A stretch of DNA of 56,280 nucleotides from Anaerolineae bacterium (GTDB lineage: Bacteria > Chloroflexota > Anaerolineae > UBA4142): NCBI GenBank assembly GCA_034435315.1, contig DAOTYB010000071.1, forward strand, positions 1 through 56,280, in the 5' to 3' direction. How positions within the stretch are numbered: the first letter of the stretch is position 1; each line of letters begins with the position of its first letter. The translations under genes and the position numbers were made by a program. Below the pieces are notes generated by a model, which saw nothing but the letters and a program-made list of their open reading frames with translations, searched no databases and had not been told where the DNA came from. Positions 19,813 to 28,030 of this stretch are shown here, one piece after another.

Positions 19813-20220
19813 TCAATACTCTAGAATCTTGGGAAGTTTTTTGGCTTGTTCGATCCAGTCCGTGACTTCTTGGAGTGTGGGATTGCGCTTGGCATAACGC
19901 TTGCGCGCGTTCTTCTCCACGAGGGTTTGGTGGAGATTTTCGGGGAGGCGTGTCGCTAACTCTTTGACGGTGTCCACACCGGCATTCTCGAGCAAATTGG
20001 AAAATGCCTTGCCGATGCCGACGACGCGCGCCAGATCGCAGCGATTGGCGTGTTCCAACACCATCTGCTCCGACATTTTCAACTCTTGAGCCAGTTGGCG
20101 GCGCTGCTGAGGCGTCCGCGTTGCCGCGAGGAATTTTTCAATGTCCCCCAAACCACGCTGGCGAAACTTTTTGGCTTGCGCCGGTGAAATACCTCGAACT
20201 TCGCTGATCGAAAGTGCCAT
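19813..20220 (-). CDS. DUF4332-like helix-hairpin-helix protein.
   Basis: I chose the start at ATG 20220, preceded by AAGGAGGAG. LARVVGIGKAFSNLLENAGVDTVKELA is HhH-like. Confidence 0.6.
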   Translation of the reverse strand: MALSISEVRGISPAQAKKFRQRGLGDIEKFLAATRTPQQRRQLAQELKMSEQMVLEHANRCDLARVVGIGKAFSNLLENAGVDTVKELATRLPENLHQTLVEKNARKRYAKRNPTLQEVTDWIEQAKKLPKILEY

Positions 20221-20333
20221 TGTGTCTCCTCCTTGAATAAATTTTTTGACCTGGCTCGTTATTGCCACGTCGTCCTTTGTTCGATATATTACATCTTGTT
20301 TATACAAGTGTCAATACCTTGAGACGGTGGGGT

Positions 20334-20453
20334 GTATTTCAGTTTGGGGGCAAGTTTCTCAGCCCACCTTTTGCACTTTTGCAAACGCATAGCCCCACCC
20401 CCTGCCCCCTCCCCGTTGCGCTTGGCGCTACGGGGAGGGGGAGTCAAAGGACG
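20334..20453. repeat. Repeat family R2 copy plus a GC-rich hairpin.
   Basis: GTATTTCAGTTTGGGGGCAAGTTTCTCAGCCCACCTTTTGCACTTTTGCAAACGCATAGCCCCACCCCCTGCCCCCTCCCCG...CGGGGAGGGGGAGTCAAAGGACG. Other copies are at 105-185 (reverse) and 42648-42775. Confidence 0.85.
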
Positions 20454-20509
20454 AATTGAACATTCGTGCTACTTGTGGTAGAATCAAAGCACTTTTTGAG
20501 GGAGGTGCT

Positions 20510-21337
20510 ATGCGTCAGGTATCCGTTGCCATCGCACAATTTCAGCCGCGTTTGAACGACGTGCACAAAAATCTGGAGCGAATGAGTGACATTATTGATC
20601 ACATTTGCGCGGCGCAAAAAGTGAACCTGATTGTCTTTCCAGAGTTGGCGACCACGGGGTACGAATGTGGTGTTCGCTTTGCCGAATTTGCCGAGGCGGT
20701 CCCCGGCTATACGGTCGAGACACTCGGCGCGCAGTGCGCGCACTATGAAACATATCTGGCGTTTGGAATGGTCGTCAAACACAAGGTCGAAAGCGTGGTG
20801 TACGATGCGGCGCTCCTGCTGGGACCCGATGGCGCGCCGGTGGGGCAGTACCACAAAGTTCACCTGAAACCCGAAGAGCGCCCGATTTTTCGCGGTGGTT
20901 TTCGCTTTCCTGTGTTCCACACGACGTTCGGCACGTTGGGTTTGTTGTTGGGCTGGGATGTGGCGTTTCCCGAAGCGGCGCGCGTGCTCGCGCTTGAAGG
21001 CGCGGAGATGATTGTTGTGCCAGCCAGTTGGGAGACGCCTGCCATCGCCGAGTGGCAGACGTACTTGCGCGCACGCGCGCTCGAAAATTCAACGTTCGTG
21101 GTGGGGGTAAATCGCGTCGGTGACGAGTACACCTATGCGTTTGGTGGTGACAGTGCGGTGATTGGACCACGCGGCGAGGTGCTTGCGAGTATCGGACGCG
21201 ATGAGCAAAATCGTCCCCGAGAAGCGTACGCGCTCGCAACGCTCGATTTGGACGCGGTGCGCAAGTCGCGCGAGGAATTGCAAACGATGCAAAGTCGGCA
21301 GCCCGCGTTGTATCGCGTCATTGTGCGTAACTATTGA
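20510..21337 (+). CDS. Carbon-nitrogen hydrolase (nitrilase superfamily) protein with the nucleophile Cys replaced by Gly.
   Basis: Start at ATG 20510 after GAGGGAGG. The Glu motif (FPELATTGY) and Lys motif (YHKVHL) are present. The usual C-W-D motif reads LLLGWD, with a GGC codon at 20951-20953. Confidence 0.8.
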   Translation: MRQVSVAIAQFQPRLNDVHKNLERMSDIIDHICAAQKVNLIVFPELATTGYECGVRFAEFAEAVPGYTVETLGAQCAHYETYLAFGMVVKHKVESVVYDAALLLGPDGAPVGQYHKVHLKPEERPIFRGGFRFPVFHTTFGTLGLLLGWDVAFPEAARVLALEGAEMIVVPASWETPAIAEWQTYLRARALENSTFVVGVNRVGDEYTYAFGGDSAVIGPRGEVLASIGRDEQNRPREAYALATLDLDAVRKSREELQTMQSRQPALYRVIVRNY

Positions 21338-21364
21338 GTGGTTTGCAGAGACATCGAGGTGAAT

Positions 21365-23137
21365 ATGTCGGCAGTCGGTTACATTGTCGGTGAGGTGAGT
21401 ACCAACGAATTTACGTTTGTGACGACGCGTGAAAGTGCTCCGCCGCGTCTGGAGTACATTGTCGTCCCGGTGCAAGAGCCGCAGCGTCAGATTCAGGTGT
21501 TAGCACAGGTCACGGCGCTGAGTGTCTCTTCGCGCTTGCTCAGCACATCGCTCGGTTACGCGGAGGTCGAAGCGATTCTCAATCGGCTGAAATCGTCACC
21601 GCCGATTGTGCAGGGTACGGCGCAGGTGCTCGGCTTTTTGGATGAAGATGGCGCGGTGCGTTTTCCGCGTCATGCCGCCACGCCGGGCACGCCGGTTTCG
21701 CTGGCACCGGATACACTCCTTCGTCAATTCTTCTCGACGAATATCACCAGTGGCATCGAAATCGGTACGCTCATCAATCGCCCGAGCGTGCCGGTGCTCC
21801 TCAACCCGAACGGTTTACGTCGGCACCTCGCGGTGATTGCGCAGACCGGCGCAGGCAAATCGTACACGGTGGGTGTGATTCTGGAAAAACTTTTGCAACT
21901 GGGTGGTACCATCGTCGTGTTCGATCCGAACAGCGATTACGTGTTGATGCGGCGCGATCGGCATAATCGTGAAACCGCGTTCGCGTCGCGGGTCCAGGTG
22001 TATCGTTTACCGACAACGCAGAGTGGGCGCATCCCCGATGACCAGATCGGCGGCGCGCAAAAATTTACGATGCAGTTTTCCAAACTCGAACCGGATGAGA
22101 TCTGTCAGATGACAGGCATCGGTGAAAGCGCGACGAACATTCGTAAAGCCGTGCAAACGGTGTGGGAAAATTTGCAGGGACAGGATTACACTGCCCAGAG
22201 ATTTCTCGAAGAGTTGGAAACGTTGGCGGATACCGGCGCTCCGATGGAACGTGGCGCGCGTCCGCTGAGTCCAGCGATTGGGAATGAAAAGGAATTCGAT
22301 CGCTTTGCCGCGCAGCGTGTTGCGGAAAAAGCCAACATCACGTTTGATGATCTGGGTAAAGCGGAACCCGAAGAGAGCGAACCGCGCGGCAAAAAAGTGA
22401 ACGAAGGCAAACGTCTGTCGTGGGATGCAGTGATGGGAGCGAATAAAGCCCTCAAGTACATCGAACGCTTGACACGTATTGACATCTGGGGTTTTACTGA
22501 TGTACCGATGAACGATTTGCTCAAACCGATGACGCTCTCGGTGATTGATGTGGCTGGTGTGGATCAGTGGATTGCCGAGTTCGTTGTGGACAAGGTGCTG
22601 CGCGAAGCGTGGGCACGCGCGGTGAATGAAGGACTGCCGCGCCCGGTCTTTTTCGTGCTGGAAGAGGCGCACAACTTTGTGCCGGGCGGCGTGGGCGCCT
22701 CGTCTCAGGTGGCGTACATCATCAAACGCATCGCGTCGGAAGGGCGCAAGTTTGGCTTGTTCCTCATTCTCATCACGCAGCGTCCTTACAAAGTGCATAG
22801 CGATACGCTTTCACAATGCAACTCGCAAATCATTATGCGCCTCACGAATCCACAAGATCAACAGGCGGTCCGCCAATCGTCCGAAAGCATCAGCGAGGGA
22901 TTGCTTGCCGATTTGCCCGGCTTGAACGTGGGCGAAGCCGTCATCCTGGGACCACTGGTGCGCGTGCCAGTGATGGTGCGCGTGGGTGCTCGCGAATCGA
23001 AAGAGGGGGGTAACGACATCAACGTGGTCGAAGCGCTCGAACGCGCGCGTAGTGAAGTTATCACCGAGACACGCGAAGCACAGGTGAAGCAAGAACGCGC
23101 CGCGCGCGGGCGAAGTGAATGGCGCGAAGCGGTGTAG
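21365..23137 (+). CDS. herA: HerA/DUF87-type ATPase (FtsK-HerA superfamily).
   Basis: N-terminal HAS-barrel-like region, Walker A AQTGAGKSY, Walker B FFVLEEAHNF, and LILITQRP. Start at ATG 21365 after GAGGTG. Confidence 0.8.
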   Translation: MSAVGYIVGEVSTNEFTFVTTRESAPPRLEYIVVPVQEPQRQIQVLAQVTALSVSSRLLSTSLGYAEVEAILNRLKSSPPIVQGTAQVLGFLDEDGAVRFPRHAATPGTPVSLAPDTLLRQFFSTNITSGIEIGTLINRPSVPVLLNPNGLRRHLAVIAQTGAGKSYTVGVILEKLLQLGGTIVVFDPNSDYVLMRRDRHNRETAFASRVQVYRLPTTQSGRIPDDQIGGAQKFTMQFSKLEPDEICQMTGIGESATNIRKAVQTVWENLQGQDYTAQRFLEELETLADTGAPMERGARPLSPAIGNEKEFDRFAAQRVAEKANITFDDLGKAEPEESEPRGKKVNEGKRLSWDAVMGANKALKYIERLTRIDIWGFTDVPMNDLLKPMTLSVIDVAGVDQWIAEFVVDKVLREAWARAVNEGLPRPVFFVLEEAHNFVPGGVGASSQVAYIIKRIASEGRKFGLFLILITQRPYKVHSDTLSQCNSQIIMRLTNPQDQQAVRQSSESISEGLLADLPGLNVGEAVILGPLVRVPVMVRVGARESKEGGNDINVVEALERARSEVITETREAQVKQERAARGRSEWREAV

Positions 23138-23275
23138 GGAGGACGAAGGACGAAGGACGAAGGACGGAGTTGTTCATGGGCGTATGCGCCCGCCACGACG
23201 GATGAAAATATCCACCAAGAACACGAAGACACGAAGGTTTTTTCTTCGTGTTCCTTCGTGACCTTTGTGGACAAA
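23138..23275. repeat. (GGACGAA)4 heptamer array that abuts the herA stop, then repeat family R1 (about 110 bp) in reverse orientation.
   Basis: 23166-23275 is the reverse complement of 40794-40904 and 40918-41029, with mismatches. Confidence 0.85.
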
Positions 23276-23298
23276 TGGATTTTCGAAGGAGGAGGAAG

Positions 23299-24099
23299 GT
23301 GGCTGTCATTCACAGAGGTTCACAAACGATTTATTACGACGAATACGGCACAGGTACGCCACTCGTTTTGCTTCCGGGCTTGGGGGGTTCGCGCTTGGGA
23401 TGGTCAAAACAGATCGAGCCGTTCGCAAAAAAATATCGTGTCATCAATCTGGACAATCGCGATGCAGGCAGTAGTGGCACAAGTACCGCCGACTATGACA
23501 TTGGCGATATGGCGGACGATGTGGCGAGCGTGATTCACCATCTTGGCGCGCCTGCGACGTTCGTCGTGGGTGTTTCGATGGGAGGATTTATCGCGCTGCA
23601 TCTGGCGTTACGGCATCCCGCGCTGGTCAGCAAGTTGGTGCTGGTGGCAACCTCGGCGGGAGGCACGCTGCACACGCCGCCTTCGCCTGAAGTCGCTGCG
23701 CTGCTGGTTCGTAATCCCAACGAGGACATTGAGACGCGCGTGCGTCGTTCGTACGCTGTAATCACGGGACCGGGTTTTGCCGACTCGCATCCCGAAGATG
23801 TGGCGCGCGCGATTGAACACGGCTATCGCTTTCCAATGTCGCTCGAAGCGTACCAGCGCCAGTGGCGCGCAGCGACGGGGCACATTCAAAACGGCACGGG
23901 CGCGCGTCTGGGCGAGATTCGTGTGCCCACGCTCATCATCCACGGCGACTGTGATCCCCTGATGTTGCCGGCGAACGCGCACGCGCTCGCCACGGCGATT
24001 CCGGGCGCGCGGTTGGTGTTACTGCGCGGCGTGGGGCATCTGCCGCACATCGAAGCGACGGAAGAGTTTAATCGGTTGGTGATAGAGTTTTTGGGGTGA
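23299..24099 (+). CDS. Alpha/beta-fold hydrolase.
   Basis: LVLLPGLGGS, nucleophile elbow GVSMGG, HGDCDP and GVGHLPH. I favour the GTG 23299 start, which sits 7 nt after GGAGGAGGA. ATG alternatives at 23248 and 23275 lie inside the repeat. Confidence 0.8.
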   Translation: MAVIHRGSQTIYYDEYGTGTPLVLLPGLGGSRLGWSKQIEPFAKKYRVINLDNRDAGSSGTSTADYDIGDMADDVASVIHHLGAPATFVVGVSMGGFIALHLALRHPALVSKLVLVATSAGGTLHTPPSPEVAALLVRNPNEDIETRVRRSYAVITGPGFADSHPEDVARAIEHGYRFPMSLEAYQRQWRAATGHIQNGTGARLGEIRVPTLIIHGDCDPLMLPANAHALATAIPGARLVLLRGVGHLPHIEATEEFNRLVIEFLG

Positions 24100-24110
24100 G
24101 AGAAAACACT

Positions 24111-24977
24111 ATGCCTGCACCGGTAGAACTTGTTCCTGCGCGCTGGGGTGCCATTTTCGAAGAGCTCGTATCAAAAGTTAATCAAAATGCCTTGCTGGTC
24201 TCACCATATCTCTCCGTTGCTCCGATTGAGCGCGTCGTGAAAATCTTACACCGACGCCATTTGGCTCAATCAGTATCCCTTCGCGTTGTCACAGACCTCG
24301 CGTCTGACAATGTGTTACGCGGCGCGACGGAACCTATTGCGTTAATGCAACTTGTGCAGGAGATTCCCAACACCGTAGTGACTTATCTGCCCGGTGTGCA
24401 TGCCAAAGTTTACATTGCCGACGAAGCCATCGGCATCGTAACTTCGGCTAACTTGACGGAGAGTGGACTTGATCACAACTACGAATACGGTGTTCGTTTG
24501 AACGACCCCTCGCTGGTTCGTCGCCTGTGGCAGGATTTAACGGAATACGCTGACCTGGGAAATAGTGTGACGCTTGCTCCGCTTGAGACACTGGCGCAAG
24601 CAGCTAAAGATCTCCGGGCATTGCACAGAGAAAAAGAGCGGCAGGCGAGTAGAGAGATTCGGCGCGAATTTGCACGCCGACTTGCAGACACAGAATTGGA
24701 GTTGATGAGGATTCGTGCCACGGGTCAAACCGAGAATAGCATCTTTTCCGCAACGATTCTGTATTTATTGCGGAAATATGGTCCGTTAACAACCGCGCAG
24801 CTGCATCCATTGATTAAACACATTCATCCCGATCTATGCAATGACAGAATTGATCGCGTCATTAATGGTGTTCATTTTGGTAAGCGCTGGAAACATATGG
24901 TTCGAAATGCGCAACAAAGTCTCAAACATCAAGGAAAGATTGATTTCGATGGACAACGATGGTTTCTTATCACCTGA
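24111..24977 (+). CDS. Single-HKD phospholipase-D-family nuclease fused to a C-terminal winged-helix domain (Mrr_N-like).
   Basis: HAKVYIAD (HxKx4D) plus TSANLT, a coiled-coil-like linker, and a C-terminus of DRVINGVHFGKRWKHMVRNAQQSLKHQGKIDFDGQRWFLIT. The start is 12 nt after the hydrolase stop. Confidence 0.7.
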   Translation: MPAPVELVPARWGAIFEELVSKVNQNALLVSPYLSVAPIERVVKILHRRHLAQSVSLRVVTDLASDNVLRGATEPIALMQLVQEIPNTVVTYLPGVHAKVYIADEAIGIVTSANLTESGLDHNYEYGVRLNDPSLVRRLWQDLTEYADLGNSVTLAPLETLAQAAKDLRALHREKERQASREIRREFARRLADTELELMRIRATGQTENSIFSATILYLLRKYGPLTTAQLHPLIKHIHPDLCNDRIDRVINGVHFGKRWKHMVRNAQQSLKHQGKIDFDGQRWFLIT

Positions 24978-24993
24978 AGCTAAGGAACAGATT

Positions 24994-25287
24994 ATGCAAA
25001 TCACTTTTCGTGATAAGCAATACGAAGTCAAACCGAACATCACCGCGCGCGACGCCATCAAAAAAATCGGCCTCGATCCTGAAGCGGTACTCGTCGTTGT
25101 CAACGGTAAACTCGTTACCGATGATGTGATTTTGCGCGAGGGAGACGAGGTGAAGTTGATTGCGGTAGTTTCAGGAGGCAGTAGGCAGTCGGCACTAGGC
25201 AGGAGGCAGGAGGCGGAAGGCAGGAGGCAGGAAGCGGGGAAGCAGGCAAGCGGTGTACTGTCTCCCGCGTTGCCGAGTCGGGTATAG
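24994..25287 (+). CDS. ThiS/MoaD/TtuB-like ubiquitin-fold sulfur carrier with a 36-aa extension after Gly-Gly.
   Basis: A 62-aa core ends ...EGDEVKLIAVVSGG, with the GG codons at 25174-25179. The ORF continues through an AGGCAGG-type repeat to TAG at 25285-25287. Start at ATG 24994 after AAGGAA. Confidence 0.75.
   Translation: MQITFRDKQYEVKPNITARDAIKKIGLDPEAVLVVVNGKLVTDDVILREGDEVKLIAVVSGGSRQSALGRRQEAEGRRQEAGKQASGVLSPALPSRV
25174..25252. repeat. Tandem GGCAGGA/GGCAGTA heptamer-like array that encodes the tail of the TtuB-like ORF.
   Basis: GGAGGCAGTAGGCAGTCGGCACTAGGCAGGAGGCAGGAGGCGGAAGGCAGGAGGCAGGAAGCGG. Confidence 0.8.
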
Positions 25288-25291
25288 AAAA

Positions 25292-26227
25292 ATGAGATGT
25301 AGAAAATGCGACGCGCGCGCGGTCATCAATATGCGTCACCACAAACTTGCGTTGTGCGGCGAGCATTACGTTGAATGGTTCGCGGCACAGACCGAGCGCG
25401 TCATCGAAAAATACAAAATGTTTTCGCGCGACGAGCGCGTACTCGTCGCGGTGAGCGGTGGCAAAGACTCGCTCGCGCTGTGGGACGTGCTGCTGCGGCT
25501 TGGTTACCGAGCCGATGGGTTGTACATCGCGCTCGGTATCAACGCGCCCATTCCGTACTCGGATGTGTCGCTGGAAAAGGTGCGCGCGTTTGTAAATTGC
25601 AGAGAGCACACGCCCACGCTTTACATCGTTGACATTGCCACGACCTATGGCAAAACGATTCCCGAAATCGCGCGCGAAAAGATGCGCGGACAGGGACGAC
25701 CGTGCGCGGCGTGCGGTTTGACCAAGCGCTATGTGATGAATCGCCTCGCGCTCGAAAAAGGATACACGGTGCTGGCAACGGGGCATAATCTCGACGACGA
25801 AATCGCAGTGCTCTTTCAGAACATTTTGCGCTGGCAGATGGGGTATCTGGCGCGCCAGGCGCCGGTGTTACCCGCGTCGCGCGAGGGACTGGTCAAAAAA
25901 GTCAAACCGTTCTGCCGATTCTACGAGCGCGAGACCGCCGCCTACGCGCTCGTGCGCGGCATTGATTACATCTACGACGAATGTCCCCACGCGGGCGGCA
26001 ACCTGACGAATTTCTACAAGACCTTGCTCAACCAACTCGAAAGTGAATCGCCTGGGGCGAAACTTGCGTTCTATCTGGAGTTTTTGCGCGCGCGCAGCGA
26101 AGGCGCGTTCGAGCAATTCAACAAGGTCGAAGAGTTGCACGCGTGCGAGATATGCGGTCAGCCCACCAGCGCGCCAGGACGTTGCGCGTTTTGTCGGATG
26201 TGGGAGGTTAGTCGGGTAGTCGAGTAG
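25292..26227 (+). CDS. ttuA: TtuA/NcsA-type PP-loop tRNA 2-thiolation ATPase.
   Basis: N-terminal zinc finger CRKC...CGEH, PP-loop SGGKDS, Fe-S cysteines PCAAC and ECPH, and a C-terminal CEIC...CAFC. The start is 5 nt after the upstream stop. The last 7 codons lie in the TAGTCGGG repeat. Confidence 0.85.
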   Translation: MRCRKCDARAVINMRHHKLALCGEHYVEWFAAQTERVIEKYKMFSRDERVLVAVSGGKDSLALWDVLLRLGYRADGLYIALGINAPIPYSDVSLEKVRAFVNCREHTPTLYIVDIATTYGKTIPEIAREKMRGQGRPCAACGLTKRYVMNRLALEKGYTVLATGHNLDDEIAVLFQNILRWQMGYLARQAPVLPASREGLVKKVKPFCRFYERETAAYALVRGIDYIYDECPHAGGNLTNFYKTLLNQLESESPGAKLAFYLEFLRARSEGAFEQFNKVEELHACEICGQPTSAPGRCAFCRMWEVSRVVE

Positions 26228-26370
26228 TCGGGTAGTCAGGTAGTCGGGTAGTCAGGTAGTCGGGTAGTCGAGTAGTCGGGTAGTCAGGTAGTCGGGTAGT
26301 TGGTTCGTTGCATTGTTAGTTTGTTGGGGCGTTCGTCCTTCGTCCTTCGTCTTTTGTCATTCGTCGTCAC
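26209..26370. repeat. (TAGTCRRG) array of about 11.5 units followed by a (TCGTCCT/TCGTCAT) heptamer array.
   Basis: The period-8 array spans 26209-26303. The reverse-orientation GACGAAG-family heptamers span 26330-26370. Confidence 0.9.
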
Positions 26371-26475
26371 TCAGGAGAATCTCCCATCTCTAATCTCCAA
26401 TCTCCACTCTCTCAGGAATCTACAGGCGTCATCAGCGCGGCTGCCATCATCGCGGCGGGGAACATTGCCAGTCGC

Positions 26476-27978
26476 GTGCTGGGACTGGTGCGCGAGATGG
26501 TCATTGCGTATCTGTTCGGCGCGACGGGTCTGGTGAGCGTTTTTCGCGTTGCGGCGACGATCATCCAGACGCTGTACGATTTTCTCGTCGGTGGAATGGT
26601 GAGCGCGGCACTCGTTCCCGTCTTTTCCGATTACGCGACGCGGCATGAAGAACTGTGGCGCGTGGCGAGTATCGTCGTCAACACGCTGGCGATTTTTCTC
26701 GCGCTCGCGGTGCTGGTGCTGGAATTTTTCGCGCCACAACTTGTGTGGCTGCTCGGCAGCGGCTATGATGCGGAATTGCAACACGCCGCTGTCGAAATGT
26801 TGCGGCTGGTTTTGCCGGCGGTATTTTTTCTGGGAATGTCGGGCATCGTCACGGGCTTGCTCTACGCGCTCAAACGATTCACCTTCCCGGCGTTCACGAC
26901 CGCCGCGTACAACGCGGGCATCATCCTCGTCGCGCTCGCGCTCACACCGATTTTTGGCATCACCAGTTTGATCGTCGGTATCCTTGTTGGTTCTGCCGCA
27001 CAAGTGCTGTTGCAACTTCCCGCGCTGCGCGAGGCGCGCTATCATTTCGCGGTTGATTTCACGCATCCCGCGCTGCGCAAAATCTTGCAACTGTACGCGC
27101 CCGTTGTCGCTGGCTTGAGCATTAGCGTCGTCAGCGTGGTGATTGATCGTAACCTTGCCTCGCACACCGGCGCGCAATCGCTCGCGTGGATGCAAAACGC
27201 GACGGTGCTAGTGCAACTGCCGCTGGGCTTGGTGGCGACGGCGGTTTCGTTCGCGATTTTGCCGACGCTCAGTAGTCAGTCTTCAGTATCCAGTATTCAG
27301 TATTCGGTATCCAGTAGTCGGACGACTGAACACCGAACACTGAATACGGAGCACTTTCAGTCCACACTCGCTTTTGGTATCAAACTTGTGTTGCTTCTCG
27401 TTCTACCTGCAACAGTGGGCTTGTTCGTTCTCGCGCGTCCGATAGTGGCACTCTTGTTCGAGCGCGGCGCGTTCACACCCGCCGATACGACAGCGACCGC
27501 GCTGGCGTTGCAATGCTATCTCTTTGGCTTGCCGTTCGCGGCGATTGATCAGCCGCTGGTGTTTGCGTTCTACGCGCGCAAAAACACGCTGCTGCCAAAC
27601 CTTGTGCAATTCGTTGCTGTCGCGATTTACCTTGTCGTCGCGCTCGCGCTGATGCGTCCGCTCGGTTTCATCGGCCTGGTGCTTGCCAATTCCGCGATGC
27701 TGACAGGGCACGCGCTCATTATGCTGGGCTTGACGCACGCGCGACTCGGCGGCCTGGGTGGGCAAGGCGTTCTCGCCCTGACGCTCAAGGTGCTTGTCGC
27801 GTCTGGCGCGATGGGCGCGGTGGTGTTTGGCCTGGCGCACCTCTTCGATTCGATTGTGTTGCAAGTGGTGGTAGCAATTCTCACAGGTGGCGCGATGTAT
27901 CTCGCGCTGTTGCGCGTGTTACGCGTGCACGAAGCGGCGCAGGTGTGGGCAAGCGTGCTGACGCGCCTGCGGCGCTGA
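26476..27978 (+). CDS. murJ: Lipid II flippase MurJ (the true start is probably upstream).
   Basis: [24 protein letters not shown] is the conserved MurJ N-terminus and it begins before GTG 26476. The protein is polytopic and carries a repeat-derived insert at 27268-27362. Confidence 0.85.
   Translation: MLGLVREMVIAYLFGATGLVSVFRVAATIIQTLYDFLVGGMVSAALVPVFSDYATRHEELWRVASIVVNTLAIFLALAVLVLEFFAPQLVWLLGSGYDAELQHAAVEMLRLVLPAVFFLGMSGIVTGLLYALKRFTFPAFTTAAYNAGIILVALALTPIFGITSLIVGILVGSAAQVLLQLPALREARYHFAVDFTHPALRKILQLYAPVVAGLSISVVSVVIDRNLASHTGAQSLAWMQNATVLVQLPLGLVATAVSFAILPTLSSQSSVSSIQYSVSSSRTTEHRTLNTEHFQSTLAFGIKLVLLLVLPATVGLFVLARPIVALLFERGAFTPADTTATALALQCYLFGLPFAAIDQPLVFAFYARKNTLLPNLVQFVAVAIYLVVALALMRPLGFIGLVLANSAMLTGHALIMLGLTHARLGGLGGQGVLALTLKVLVASGAMGAVVFGLAHLFDSIVLQVVVAILTGGAMYLALLRVLRVHEAAQVWASVLTRLRR
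27268..27362. repeat. Imperfect palindromic repeat inside murJ, of the same family as 5505-5635.
   Basis: CAGTAGTCAGTCTTCAGTATCCAGTATTCAGTATTCGGT...ACCGAACACTGAATACGG. It is translated as [28 protein letters not shown]. Confidence 0.8.
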
Positions 27979-28030
27979 ATATAGGACGACAGTCGGCGAG
28001 CGTTTGGCGGCTGGCGTGTTAGGAGGATCA

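Noticed and set aside
21338-24110. A NurA nuclease partner for HerA.
   Set aside because: The flanking genes are a nitrilase-fold protein and an alpha/beta hydrolase. Neither shows NurA-like motifs, so no NurA call is made.
24841-24993. The upstream extension of the ThiS/TtuB-like ORF (148-aa version).
   Set aside because: It overlaps the end of the PLD gene. The beta-grasp domain starts at MQITFRD (ATG 24994), which has its own ribosome-binding site.
26209-26303. Possible CRISPR array (regular tandem repeats).
   Set aside because: The period is only 8 nt, there are no unique spacers, and no cas genes are nearby. It is a microsatellite-like array, not a CRISPR.
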